Shown here: one piece after another, positions 1 to 9,923 of the stretch
How the letters are laid out: each line of letters opens with the position of its first letter
Numbering within the stretch: the stretch's first letter is position 1
Translations under genes and position numbers: made by a program
The notes under the pieces: model-generated
The model's input: only the letters and a program-made list of their open reading frames with translations
Databases searched by the model: none
What the model was told of the DNA's origin: nothing
From: Pyrinomonadaceae bacterium
GTDB lineage: Bacteria; Acidobacteriota; Blastocatellia; Pyrinomonadales; Pyrinomonadaceae
NCBI GenBank assembly: GCA_035432765.1
Contig: DAORTR010000001.1
Coordinates: 1 to 63,997 of the forward strand
Direction of reading: 5' to 3'
DNA: 63,997 nt

Positions 1-8
1 GGAACTCG

Positions 9-485
9 ATGTTCATGCCGACGGAATCGATCCTAGAGGTCGTGATCCGCGGCACGATAATGTACCTCGGAATGTATTTCATTCTGAGGGCGTTCCGCCG
101 CCAGTCCGGAGCGATCGGGATGGCCGACCTTCTGGTCATCGTCGTGATCGCTGACGCCGCTCAGAACGGAATGGCGGGCGAAACGCACTCTGTTACCGAG
201 GCACTGATATTGATCGCAACGATCGTTCTTTGGGATGTCCTGTTCGATTGGCTTGGATTCAGATCGGTAATGGCCAGGAAACTGCTCGAGCCGTCGCCGC
301 TGCTTCTGGTTGAGAATGGAAAATTCATCGACAAGAACCTGAAGCAGGAATTCTTGACCGAGGACGATCTCCTTGCGGTGCTTCGCGAACACGGCCTTGA
401 GAGCGAGACGACCGTGAAACAGTGCTATCTGGAGAGCAGCGGCCATTTCAGCGTCATCTTATCGAAGGCAACGAATAACAGGTAA
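9..485 (+). CDS. DUF421/YetF-like membrane protein
   Basis: 158-aa ORF with hydrophobic N-terminal helices followed by a soluble C-terminal half, as in the DUF421 family. The family was recalled from the pattern only. Confidence 0.55.
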   Translation: MFMPTESILEVVIRGTIMYLGMYFILRAFRRQSGAIGMADLLVIVVIADAAQNGMAGETHSVTEALILIATIVLWDVLFDWLGFRSVMARKLLEPSPLLLVENGKFIDKNLKQEFLTEDDLLAVLREHGLESETTVKQCYLESSGHFSVILSKATNNR

Positions 486-508
486 TTTACGTCGATCTAT
501 CGAAAGAA

Positions 509-1639
509 ATGGGAAAGAAAAGCTTAAAATTACTTCACTCGATATTTGCGGTTGAACGCGACCTGATCGTCGGCGGCCAAGCCGTTATGGAAGGCGTGAT
601 GATGCGGACGCCCTCGGCGTATGCGATCGCATGCCGCCGTAAGGACGGTTCGATCACGACCACTGCCGAAGTTCTGCCGCGATGGAGCGATAAGTATTCG
701 TGGTTGAAATTCCCTGTCCTTCGCGGCGGAGCAACGCTTGTTCAATCGATGGCTCTCGGCGTAAAGGCATTGAATTTTTCCGCTCGCGTTTGGGAAGAGG
801 ATAACGAGGAGAAGCAAACCGAAAAGGTTGCGGCCGGCGAACGTGCGCCCGCACTTGCAACCGGCACGACCGACGAAGACTTTACAAAAGCACCGGTAAA
901 GGTCGTCTTGCCGGACGGCGAAGCGTCGAAGAAGAAAAGTGCGGCTTCGTCTTTGAGCGCGGCCGGTTCGATCACCTTTGCGCTGCTCTTTAACGTGCTT
1001 CTGTTCATCGCCGCTCCGCTTCTTCTAACGAATATCGCGTTCATCGCATTGGGCTGGGCCGATGCTCCGCTTTTAACGGCGGATGCAGGTTGGTGGACAA
1101 CCATCAAGGCATACATCTGGGAGATCAAGCCCCATTCGTGGCTTGCGTTCAACCTGATCGATGGCGTTATCCGTATGGTCTTTTTCGTTACGATGATCTT
1201 GACGATGTCGTGGATAAAGGATATTCGACGCGTGTTCGAATATCACGGAGCCGAGCACAAGACCGTGTTCACTTGGGAAAAAGGCCTTGCCTTGACCCCT
1301 GCAAACGCCACCGGCCAGCGGCGCCAGCATCCGCGTTGCGGCACGTCGTTCTTGATGGTCGTAATGCTGATCGCGATCGTGCTCTTCTCGGTCATCAAGT
1401 TCGACGCTTTTTGGATGAACCTTGTCGTCAGGATCGCCTTGATGCCGCTCGTCGCGGGTCTTTCATACGAAGTGATCCGTTATGCCGCCAAGAAAGAATC
1501 CGGTGCGATCTTCAAGCTGATGACGCTTCCCGGCCTTTGGCTGCAAAATATTACGACGCAGGAACCGGACGATGAGCAACTAGAGGTCGCGATCCGCGCG
1601 CTCGAAGAATCATTAAAGCTCGAACCGGAAACTGCATAA
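509..1639 (+). CDS. DUF1385 family membrane protein (prfA/prmC-associated)
   Basis: 376-aa ORF with a YHGAEHK motif and a multi-TM C-terminal half. It sits in the conserved position directly upstream of prfA. Confidence 0.75.
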   Translation: MGKKSLKLLHSIFAVERDLIVGGQAVMEGVMMRTPSAYAIACRRKDGSITTTAEVLPRWSDKYSWLKFPVLRGGATLVQSMALGVKALNFSARVWEEDNEEKQTEKVAAGERAPALATGTTDEDFTKAPVKVVLPDGEASKKKSAASSLSAAGSITFALLFNVLLFIAAPLLLTNIAFIALGWADAPLLTADAGWWTTIKAYIWEIKPHSWLAFNLIDGVIRMVFFVTMILTMSWIKDIRRVFEYHGAEHKTVFTWEKGLALTPANATGQRRQHPRCGTSFLMVVMLIAIVLFSVIKFDAFWMNLVVRIALMPLVAGLSYEVIRYAAKKESGAIFKLMTLPGLWLQNITTQEPDDEQLEVAIRALEESLKLEPETA

Positions 1640-1740
1640 AACAATGAGTTGACAGCATCGAGACGTGAACACTGCATAACAGCTTTCGGTTGAATTCCCG
1701 GCCTCGTGCGTTTGTGCCGATCTGCGGCAAATAGAGAATT

Positions 1741-2817
1741 ATGTTTGAGAAACTCGAACAGATAGAAAAGAACTACGAAGAACTTACCGAGCAGATCTCT
1801 TCGCCCGATATCATGGCCGATATGAAGGTCTATGCGAAGACGATGAAGCAACATCGCTCGCTTGGCGAGATCGTCGAAAAATATCGCGAGGTCAAGAAGA
1901 TGCGCTCCGATCTCGAGGGTGCCCGCGACCTTGCCGAGATCGCCGATGACGACGAGATGCGCGAGATGGCGGCGCTCGAGGCCGCGGACCTCGAAACCCG
2001 CCTCGAAACCGCCGAGGAAGCTCTTAAAGTGCTTCTGCTTCCAAAAGATCCGAACGACGAGAAGAACGTTATTCTCGAAATTCGCGCCGGAACCGGCGGC
2101 GACGAAGCGACACTCTTTGCTGCCGAGATCCTCCGTATGTATGCACGATACGCCGAACGGCAAGGCTGGAAGATGGATGTAATGGAAGCATCCGACACGG
2201 GCGTTGGCGGCATCAAGGAAGCTGTTGCAATGATCGAGGGCGACAACGTCTATTCGAAGATGCGTTTCGAGAGCGGTGTCCATCGCGTACAGCGTGTGCC
2301 GCAGACGGAAACGCAAGGCCGGATACACACGTCAGCTATCACTGTCGCAATTCTTCCCGAGGCCGAAGAGGTCGATGTTCAGATCAATCAGAACGATCTT
2401 CGTATCGATACTTTTTGTTCATCGGGCCCCGGCGGGCAGTCCGTCAACACGACGTATTCAGCCGTCCGCATTACTCACCTTCCGACCGGCGTGGTCGTCT
2501 CGATGCAGGATGAGAAATCGCAGATAAAGAATCGCGAAAAGGCGATGCGCGTCCTTCGCGCTCGTCTCCAGGAGATCGAGGAGCAGAAACAGCACGACGC
2601 TCTCTCCGCAGAACGCAAATCGATGGTCGGCTCGGGCGATCGTTCCGAAAAGATCCGCACCTACAACTTCAAAGAAAATCGCGTGACCGACCACCGCATC
2701 GGAATGACCGTGCACCAACTCGATCTCGTGATGGAAGGCCAGATCGATGAATTCATCGACGCGCTGCGAACGCATTATCAAACAGAGAAGCTCCAGGCGG
2801 AGGCCGTTACCGCTTAA
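1741..2817 (+). CDS. prfA: peptide chain release factor 1
   Basis: 358 aa. Contains the GGQ motif ([12 protein letters not shown]) and an RF1-type PxT context ([14 protein letters not shown]). Confidence 0.95.
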   Translation: MFEKLEQIEKNYEELTEQISSPDIMADMKVYAKTMKQHRSLGEIVEKYREVKKMRSDLEGARDLAEIADDDEMREMAALEAADLETRLETAEEALKVLLLPKDPNDEKNVILEIRAGTGGDEATLFAAEILRMYARYAERQGWKMDVMEASDTGVGGIKEAVAMIEGDNVYSKMRFESGVHRVQRVPQTETQGRIHTSAITVAILPEAEEVDVQINQNDLRIDTFCSSGPGGQSVNTTYSAVRITHLPTGVVVSMQDEKSQIKNREKAMRVLRARLQEIEEQKQHDALSAERKSMVGSGDRSEKIRTYNFKENRVTDHRIGMTVHQLDLVMEGQIDEFIDALRTHYQTEKLQAEAVTA

Positions 2818-2920
2818 TCCTAAAGCCCGCGCGTCAGCGAGGGCGTAACACGGAACTTGACTCCAGTCCAAAGGGAGATGGATAGATCGCAGTCGTTAAA
2901 CGAGACCTTTCGCGAGATCT

Positions 2921-3613
2921 TTGATACATCGGCGGCCCGAATGCCTTGATAAAATTGTGCCCATAACCAAACTTTACTTAGTTCGACACGGACAATCTGC
3001 CGGCAATGCCGAAGGCCGCTTTGGCGGCCATAGCCCGACGCCGCTCTCAACGCTCGGCGTCAAACAGGCTGATGCGGCGGCACAAGCTCTTCAGAAGGAA
3101 GGAATCACGGCGATCTATTCAAGCGATCTGCTCCGTGCCGTTCAGACCGCTGAACCTCTTTCGCGTTTGATCGACGTGCCCGTTGTGCCGAATTCCGCCT
3201 TTCGCGAACGAAATGTCGGGGTACTCGAGGGCCTGACATTCGACGAATCAAAGGCCGCTTACCCCGATGACTTTTACGCGCTTGTGAACCGCGATCTTAA
3301 CCGCGTCATCACAAATGGCGAGAGCTATCGGCAGCTTCTTGAACGCAGCACTGACGAGTTGTGGAAGATATTGAATTCGCACATCGGAGAACGCGTCGCG
3401 ATCTTTTCGCATACAGGCGTGATCTGCTATCTAACGCTTCATCTAATGGGCGCGATCCATCGCGGCACAAAAACAACGCCGTGGCTGATCACTTCTAATT
3501 GCGGCATCAATCGATTCGAGATCCGCAGCCGCCGTAACATTCGCGTTGTTGCCTTGAACGACACGCGTCATTTGATGCAGACCACCGGCGAAGACGCATT
3601 CGCCGCTCGCTGA
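2921..3613 (+). CDS. histidine phosphatase (phosphoglycerate mutase-like) family protein
   Basis: Has LYLVRHGQSAGN (RHG motif) and a later SHTG histidine. The true start may be the GTG near 2957. Confidence 0.8.
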   Translation: MIHRRPECLDKIVPITKLYLVRHGQSAGNAEGRFGGHSPTPLSTLGVKQADAAAQALQKEGITAIYSSDLLRAVQTAEPLSRLIDVPVVPNSAFRERNVGVLEGLTFDESKAAYPDDFYALVNRDLNRVITNGESYRQLLERSTDELWKILNSHIGERVAIFSHTGVICYLTLHLMGAIHRGTKTTPWLITSNCGINRFEIRSRRNIRVVALNDTRHLMQTTGEDAFAAR

Positions 3614-3618
3614 TAGAA

Positions 3619-4536
3619 TTACGACTTCGCTAAACGCATTTTGATAACCTTGATCGCCGTCGCGGCCTGCCCGACCGCGGTCGCGATCGTCGGCGAAAGC
3701 GGCGAGGCGACGTCGCCGATCGCAAAGACCATCTCGACGCCCGTCTCACAGGTAGCGTCCGTTATTACATAGCGCTTCGCATCAAGGTTCACAAAGCCTT
3801 TGACGAGTTCGGAATTCGGCGCGACGCCGATGCGAACGAGCAAGAAATCTGTCGGGATCCGTTGCGTGCCGTTCTTCCCGTCGAGCCCGATCTCTTTCAA
3901 GTCACCCTTTTCCCCGACAAGTTCACGAACAACCGTGCTCTCAATGATCTTGATCTTCGGATCGCGGCGCACGGGATCGAGAAATTCGGCTCGAGCACGG
4001 AATCTATCGGAATGGTGGATCAACGTTACCTCCGATGCGTATTTTGATAGGATCAGCGCATTCTCAAATGCCGCATCGCCGCCGCCGACGATCGCGACGC
4101 GGGCGCCCGCAGTTTCCGCCGCCTGCTTCGCTCCGGATTCGAGAACGCCGCGGAGTTCCGCTTCGCCCGGCAGATCGAGGCGACGCCGTCTAACGCCTGT
4201 CGCAAGCACGATCGCCTTCGCCCACAGCTTTTCCCCGGAAGCGAGTTCAGCGGTCAGCGAACTTCCATCTACCGAGATCACGCTCGAACTCGCACGCATC
4301 TCGCCGCCCATAGCCGTTACCTGTTCCGCAAAACTGCCTGCAAGATCTCTCGCTGCGATCGACCTGATTCCCGGATAGTTCGTTATCGGATTGTATATCT
4401 TGTGAAGTTGGCCGCCCGTTGAATCTTCTTTTTCGAGCGCGAAATGCGACAATCCGAGGTCGGAGCACCAGATCGACGCGGCCATTCCCGCCGGCCCGCA
4501 ACCTATGATCAAAACGTCCTTTTCCACCATTACCAT
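3619..4536 (-). CDS. FAD/NAD(P)-dependent oxidoreductase, thioredoxin-reductase-like but without the CxxC redox motif
   Basis: Has GCGPAGMAA and VGGGDAAFE dinucleotide-binding motifs and a C-terminal FAIGDV. No CxxC is seen. The ORF extends to 4578, and the start at MVMVEKD (4536) is preferred. Confidence 0.75.
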   Translation of the reverse strand: MVMVEKDVLIIGCGPAGMAASIWCSDLGLSHFALEKEDSTGGQLHKIYNPITNYPGIRSIAARDLAGSFAEQVTAMGGEMRASSSVISVDGSSLTAELASGEKLWAKAIVLATGVRRRRLDLPGEAELRGVLESGAKQAAETAGARVAIVGGGDAAFENALILSKYASEVTLIHHSDRFRARAEFLDPVRRDPKIKIIESTVVRELVGEKGDLKEIGLDGKNGTQRIPTDFLLVRIGVAPNSELVKGFVNLDAKRYVITDATCETGVEMVFAIGDVASPLSPTIATAVGQAATAIKVIKMRLAKS

Positions 4537-4811
4537 ACCCTTTGAGGATCGCACTTTTTTGTCAACGAGAAGTAACAAATATTGTCATTTCGACCATATT
4601 TTGCACTAGGCCGCGGCGAACAGCTTTTTCAATAAGTCTGCTGTACCCAACATTTTACACGATTTTTGCTCGGTTTTGACAGTCACATTTTGCCGTGCAT
4701 TTGATGGCATTAGAGTTGCTTATCGCAATAGTGTCTTAATGGGCGTAGCCTGTCTTGGTGGCCCTATCGTAATTCGCGAATTCTTCGAACAACCAGAAAA
4801 ACTGGAGACCT

Positions 4812-7067
4812 ATGAGACTCAAAATTGAACCCTCCGCCTACTCTCCGGCAGAGACGCTTGTTGGCGAATCTGCTCCCGCCGCAGCCTATTCAGCCGATCT
4901 TCGCGAGCTTGTCGCAGAAGGCGTCGCCGCCGCCCAATCCGGCGATCGAGCCCGCGCCCGCGTTCTGCTTACGCAAGCTACCGACAAAGATCCTGCAAAT
5001 TCAGAAGCATGGATGTGGCTCGCTTCGATCAGCGAGTATCCAGAAGAACTTCTCGTCTTTTTGAACAAGGTCCTCGAATGTGACCCGACGAACCGGCGTG
5101 CGCTCGACTGGCATACTTCGACCAGTTCTCTCATCGCAAAGAACTTCGTGCATCGAGGTGTCGCCGCAAAGGACGAAGGCAATCTCGAACTCGCGATGGA
5201 TTGCTTTGAAAAGGCGATCGCCAACGACGAGAAGAGCGAGATGGCTTGGTTCTGGAAAGCTTCGATCGCTCCCGAAGAATCGGCCGTCGTCGAGGCATTA
5301 AATCGCGTTCTTGAAATAAACCCCGACAACGACGATGCTCGCATCGCGCTTGCTTCGATCGACGACGCTCGCATCGAAACGCGTTTTCTCGCAGTTCAGA
5401 AGACCGTTGCGGACGGAAACTGGTACGAGGCTTTGAGTGAACTCGATGACTTTCTCGCGGACAATCTCGCGAGTGTTGAAGCGTGGACACTTCGCTCGCA
5501 TATCTCTTCCAGTATCGAGGAAAAACTCCTTTGCTACGAACGTGTCTTGAGTCTCGAACCGTCGAATGACTTTGCAATTGCGGGCCGTGATTTCCTGACC
5601 GCGTTGAACGCCGCCGTGCGGCCGGCGCTCGCTGAACAGCCTGTTGTCGCAGAGGAACCGGCTGTTGTCGATGAGATCGAAGAACCGGAACAGCTAGACG
5701 CCGACGCGTCTGCGATCGCGATGCCGACCGACATTCCGCTTGACGAACCCGCACCTCCGACATCGGGACTCGAAACCCGTCTCGACCCGCCGAACTTTTT
5801 CGCGGAACCGGAAAGGATAGAACCCGCTCCGGAATATGTTCCGAAGAGTGATCCTGAAGTCGATCCGATGATAATGGCGGCCGTCCTCGCCGAATTGGAA
5901 GCAAATGACAATGCCGATGTTCTTGAACCGATCGAAGAGGTCGAAACTCACTTTGACGGCGAGATCCACGTATCCGCTGACGACGAGAACTCGGAGAGCT
6001 ATGCGTACGATGACGCCGATTCGCTCTCGGGCATTCCCGACGGTTCACCGTTCAATGAGCTGGTCGAAGACCGTAAGGTCGAGCAGCCGGCAGAACCGCT
6101 TTTTGATGACGGCGACAAGATCCTCGAAAGCACCGTGATCGATTTCCCTGCAGAAGCCGAAGCCCCGAGCGGCGTCGAGGATTTCCTGAAAGCATACGAC
6201 GAGAGATTTTCCGACGAGCCGTCCGAAGCTCCCCAGAGTGCCGAGGAGATCGCCGCCGAAGCCGCGATACACGAAACTGTCAGCGCTCCGCTTATCACAT
6301 CCGTGCCTGAGTACGAATGTCCTTTCTGCGCGACGGAGATCGCGCCGCAGGCATATTCCTGCAAAGACTGCCGCGCGATCCTTTCGCTCGACGATGTTGA
6401 AGGCATCCTTGCCAGCAGCACCGGCGATCTTGAGCAGATCCACGATGCCGTCGTCGAGATGGAAGCGTCTTGGAATACGCGCGAATTCACCGCCCGCGAA
6501 CTTACCGATCTTGGGATGGGGCATCTGAATCTCAAGAATTTTGATCGCGGCCTTCGCTATCTTCAAGAAGCCGCCCGTCTCGAACCTGACAACGTCATTC
6601 TCGTATCGCAAGTCAATTCGCTCGCGATCCGCCTTGACGAGATCCGCCGCCACGACGCTTCTATTGATTCGAAGCCGAAAGGCTGCTCTATACTCGTCGT
6701 TGACGACAGCGCGACGGTTCGCAAGCTGATCTCGAACAAGCTCGAAAAACACGGCCACACCGTTATCTGCGCATCGGACGGCGTCGAGGCAATGGAGGCC
6801 ATCGATAATTTCACCCCCGAACTCGTCCTTCTCGACATCACGATGCCGCGAATGGACGGCTATCAGGTCTGCAAAATGATCCGAGCTCACGAAACCGCCA
6901 AGGAAGTCCCGGTCGTGATGATCTCCGGCAAAGACGGCTTTTTTGACAAGGTTCGCGGCAAAATGTCCGGCTGCACAGGCTACATCACGAAGCCGTTCGG
7001 CCCCGAGACCCTGATGAAGGCTCTGGATACTTATCTGACGCAACCGGCACAACCTGTTGTAGAATAA
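4812..7067 (+). CDS. TPR-repeat protein with long acidic linker and C-terminal CheY-like receiver domain
   Basis: N-terminal TPR-like repeats and an Asp/Glu/Pro-rich central region. The C-terminus reads ILVVDDSATVRK...LLDITMPRMDGY...KP, which is a receiver domain. Confidence 0.8.
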   Translation: MRLKIEPSAYSPAETLVGESAPAAAYSADLRELVAEGVAAAQSGDRARARVLLTQATDKDPANSEAWMWLASISEYPEELLVFLNKVLECDPTNRRALDWHTSTSSLIAKNFVHRGVAAKDEGNLELAMDCFEKAIANDEKSEMAWFWKASIAPEESAVVEALNRVLEINPDNDDARIALASIDDARIETRFLAVQKTVADGNWYEALSELDDFLADNLASVEAWTLRSHISSSIEEKLLCYERVLSLEPSNDFAIAGRDFLTALNAAVRPALAEQPVVAEEPAVVDEIEEPEQLDADASAIAMPTDIPLDEPAPPTSGLETRLDPPNFFAEPERIEPAPEYVPKSDPEVDPMIMAAVLAELEANDNADVLEPIEEVETHFDGEIHVSADDENSESYAYDDADSLSGIPDGSPFNELVEDRKVEQPAEPLFDDGDKILESTVIDFPAEAEAPSGVEDFLKAYDERFSDEPSEAPQSAEEIAAEAAIHETVSAPLITSVPEYECPFCATEIAPQAYSCKDCRAILSLDDVEGILASSTGDLEQIHDAVVEMEASWNTREFTARELTDLGMGHLNLKNFDRGLRYLQEAARLEPDNVILVSQVNSLAIRLDEIRRHDASIDSKPKGCSILVVDDSATVRKLISNKLEKHGHTVICASDGVEAMEAIDNFTPELVLLDITMPRMDGYQVCKMIRAHETAKEVPVVMISGKDGFFDKVRGKMSGCTGYITKPFGPETLMKALDTYLTQPAQPVVE

Positions 7068-7128
7068 TTTGCGGCGGGGTGAGGCCGCCCTTACCCGGCA
7101 GGCTCGACGAGCGCTTGCGCGTCCGCAA

Positions 7129-9192
7129 ATGGAAACCTTCGAACTACAGTCATTCTTGGAGTCTGCCGAAAGGCAGATCTCACTTGCACGGTCAAGTTTA
7201 CTCGTAGTCGCCCAAACGGGCGGCGAATTGGGCAACTTGGCCGTTGCCGCGCGTGCGCTTCGCGAACTAAAGGTGCAGACGGCCGACCAAGGACTTGAAG
7301 AAGTCACGGCGGCGATCGTCGAATGCGAGAACGCTCTCGATACGCTCTTTTCTTCAGGCGTCGCTTCGTCCAACGATGCGTATCAACTCCTCGACCTCGT
7401 CGCGAAGATCGAATCTGCGCTGCTCGAGATGCCGCTTCTTTCAGGCGGGCTTGTCGATGATGTCAGCAGCTTTCTCGATGCATCCTTCGATCAGATCGCG
7501 CCACGCCCTTCGAATGAAGATGCCGCGGAGGAAGTTTCGTCCGCCTGGGTCGAAGAAGAATTCGAGATCGACGAGGAAACGCTCGACATCTTCCGCACGG
7601 AAGCAACCGACCTGCTCTCGCAGATCGCGAACGATCTCGGCCGCCTGCAGACCGGGGCCGAAGCGCAGTCCGCGCTATGGGATATTCGCCGCAGTGCGCA
7701 TACCTTTAAGGGTGCCGCGGGTGTCGTCGGCCTTAAAAAGGCGTCAGAACTCGCACACCAGATGGAAGACCTTCTCGACAAACTCGTCGAGAACGACCGT
7801 CCGGCCGACCCTTCGATCATCGAACTTCTGTATGAAGCCCTGAGCCAACTCGGTTCCGTCGTCGGCACGCACAGCACGGGCGACGCGGTAACTGACCTCG
7901 GCGAACGCTTTGCCGCTGCGATCGCATCGCTCGACTCGTCCGCCGTTAAAGCTGAGAGCGCAAAGCCGCGTGCAGTTTCGCCGTTCCGCAAGCCGGACAA
8001 GAAGATACACTCGCCGATCGTGCGCGTTTCGCTCGAACGGCTCGACGATCTGATCCAGCTCGCCACAAAACTTGCGTCCAACAACGAGATGCTCGAAACG
8101 GCGATCGCAGAGCTTGGCGACACTCGCTCCGAAGCCGATTCCGACCGGATTTCCGAGATCCTTTTTAACGCTCATGAGATCACGGGAGCATTGGTGGACA
8201 ACCTTCGCCGCGTTCGTATGCAGCGGTTCGGGACGCTTGAGACGCGGCTCAACCGTGCCGTCCACGTTACCTGCGAGGAAGAAGGCAAGCAGGCTGCTCT
8301 TACGATCGAGAACGGCGACGTCGAGATCGACACGCTTCTCATCGACGCCCTCGTCGAACCGCTCCTTCACCTGCTCCGGAATTCCGTCGTTCACGGCATC
8401 GAGCCGCCCGATCAGCGCCGCCTTTTAGGCAAGCGTGAAAAAGGCGGCATCATCGTAAAAGTGCGCTCTGCCGACGGTCTTGTTCTCATCTCGGTCGAAG
8501 ATGACGGCCGCGGTATCGTCGCGGAAACTTTGAAACAGCGTGCCGTCAAGAGCGGACTCCTTTCTTACGAAGATGCTGCAAAACTATCGGACGCAGAAGC
8601 TCGGCAGCTCATCTTTGCTCAAGGTTTGACGACCGCCGAGACGATCAATTTGAATGCCGGTCGAGGCGTCGGAATGTCGATCGTAAAAGAGAGCGTCGAG
8701 CATCTCGGCGGTGCGGTCGAGGTAATGTCGGAGCCGTTGAAGGGAACGCGTTTTGTCCTGCGTGTGCCTGTTCACGCCGCTGCGCCGGCGCATAAGATCG
8801 AGCAGATCACAAAAGATAAAAGCACCGCACCGCTCGTGCTCATCGTCGATGACAGCGCAAGCATCCGCAAGCACAACACGACGCTCATCGAGAACGCCGG
8901 GTTCAGAACGATCACGGCCAACGACGGCGTCGAAGCTCTCGAAGTCCTGCTTTCAGGCTCCTGGAGACCCGATCTTATTATGTCCGACGTCGAAATGCCG
9001 CGTATGGACGGCTGGCAGCTTCTCGAGACGATCGGCGGTTCCGAAGACCTCGCCGCGATCCCGGTCGCTCTTGTAACGTCGCTCGATACGGACGATCATC
9101 GCCTGCGCGCCGCCGAACTTGGCGCGTCGTACTATTTCGTTAAGCCTTTGAAAGTGGAAAATTTGAACGAGCTTACGGTCGCTTTGAATTGA
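7129..9192 (+). CDS. CheA-like hybrid histidine kinase (Hpt, HATPase_c, receiver)
   Basis: Has an Hpt motif (HTFKGAAGVVGL), an ATPase G-boxes region (DDGRGI ... GRGVGMSIV) and a C-terminal receiver (LIVDDSASIRK ... DVEMPRMDGW). No CheW-like P5 domain was recognised. The ORF opens at 7069. Confidence 0.8.
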   Translation: METFELQSFLESAERQISLARSSLLVVAQTGGELGNLAVAARALRELKVQTADQGLEEVTAAIVECENALDTLFSSGVASSNDAYQLLDLVAKIESALLEMPLLSGGLVDDVSSFLDASFDQIAPRPSNEDAAEEVSSAWVEEEFEIDEETLDIFRTEATDLLSQIANDLGRLQTGAEAQSALWDIRRSAHTFKGAAGVVGLKKASELAHQMEDLLDKLVENDRPADPSIIELLYEALSQLGSVVGTHSTGDAVTDLGERFAAAIASLDSSAVKAESAKPRAVSPFRKPDKKIHSPIVRVSLERLDDLIQLATKLASNNEMLETAIAELGDTRSEADSDRISEILFNAHEITGALVDNLRRVRMQRFGTLETRLNRAVHVTCEEEGKQAALTIENGDVEIDTLLIDALVEPLLHLLRNSVVHGIEPPDQRRLLGKREKGGIIVKVRSADGLVLISVEDDGRGIVAETLKQRAVKSGLLSYEDAAKLSDAEARQLIFAQGLTTAETINLNAGRGVGMSIVKESVEHLGGAVEVMSEPLKGTRFVLRVPVHAAAPAHKIEQITKDKSTAPLVLIVDDSASIRKHNTTLIENAGFRTITANDGVEALEVLLSGSWRPDLIMSDVEMPRMDGWQLLETIGGSEDLAAIPVALVTSLDTDDHRLRAAELGASYYFVKPLKVENLNELTVALN

Positions 9193-9197
9193 GGCGC

Positions 9198-9920
9198 TTA
9201 CTTTCCCGGCGGTTTGCTCGGCCGCAACTCGATCCTGCTCGGCAGAGCTCTCGCGTCCATTCCGAAAAGATCAAGCACTACCTCGCCAAGGTCTTCCGGC
9301 TGGAGTTGCCAGGCTTTTTCTTCCGACGGCGTATCTCCGCCAAAGTACGTATTGACGCTGCCCGGACAAATGCCCGTTACCTTGATATTGTCGCCGCGGA
9401 CTTCCTGCATAAGAGCTTCGGTAAATCCGTTGACGCCGAATTTAGACGCGTTGTAGGTCGCGGCTTTCGGCTGTGCGTACTGCCCCATCAACGACGAGAT
9501 ATTAATGATGTAGCCGCCGCCGCGTTGTTTCATCAGCGGGATCGCGTAATGGCACGCGTAGAACATTCCGAAAAGGTTGGTCTCGAGCGTCTGGCGAAAG
9601 ATATCGCCGCTTGTCTCTTCGACCGTCGTCCCGTTGAACCCGACGCCGGCGCTGTTCACAAGAATATCGACTCCGCCGAAAACTCGCGTCGCCTGTTCGA
9701 TCATCTGCCGGACTTGATCTTCGCTGCGAACGTCGCAGGATTCGCCCGCAGCCTCACCGTGTTCCGATAGCTGCGCAACGGCTTTCTGCACGTCCGCTTT
9801 CGAGCGGCCGCAAATAAATACCTTCGCACCCGCCTTGACCAAAGCCTCTGCGATACCAAGGCCGATGCCCTTTGTGCCGCCGGTAACAACCGCCGTTTTT
9901 CCCGAAAGATCGAATCCCAT
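9198..9920 (-). CDS. SDR family oxidoreductase
   Basis: Has the TGGTKGIGLG cofactor motif and the YNASK catalytic YxxxK. Confidence 0.85.
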   Translation of the reverse strand: MGFDLSGKTAVVTGGTKGIGLGIAEALVKAGAKVFICGRSKADVQKAVAQLSEHGEAAGESCDVRSEDQVRQMIEQATRVFGGVDILVNSAGVGFNGTTVEETSGDIFRQTLETNLFGMFYACHYAIPLMKQRGGGYIINISSLMGQYAQPKAATYNASKFGVNGFTEALMQEVRGDNIKVTGICPGSVNTYFGGDTPSEEKAWQLQPEDLGEVVLDLFGMDARALPSRIELRPSKPPGK

Positions 9921-9923
9921 TTC

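Noticed and set aside
1480-2328. Long antisense or alternative-frame ORFs in the ORF track. Examples: 1480..2328, 5131..6048, 6045..7373, 45314..46360, 53116..53847, 56951..57889, 23779..24840, 57729..58520.
   Set aside because: Each lies opposite to or inside a confidently recognised gene. Their translations are Arg/Ala/Ser/Pro-rich and low in complexity, which is typical of shadow ORFs in GC-rich DNA.
3619-4536. Calling the flavoprotein thioredoxin reductase (trxB).
   Set aside because: The redox-active CxxC motif expected after the first NAD(P)H-domain strand is absent, so only the generic oxidoreductase call is supported.
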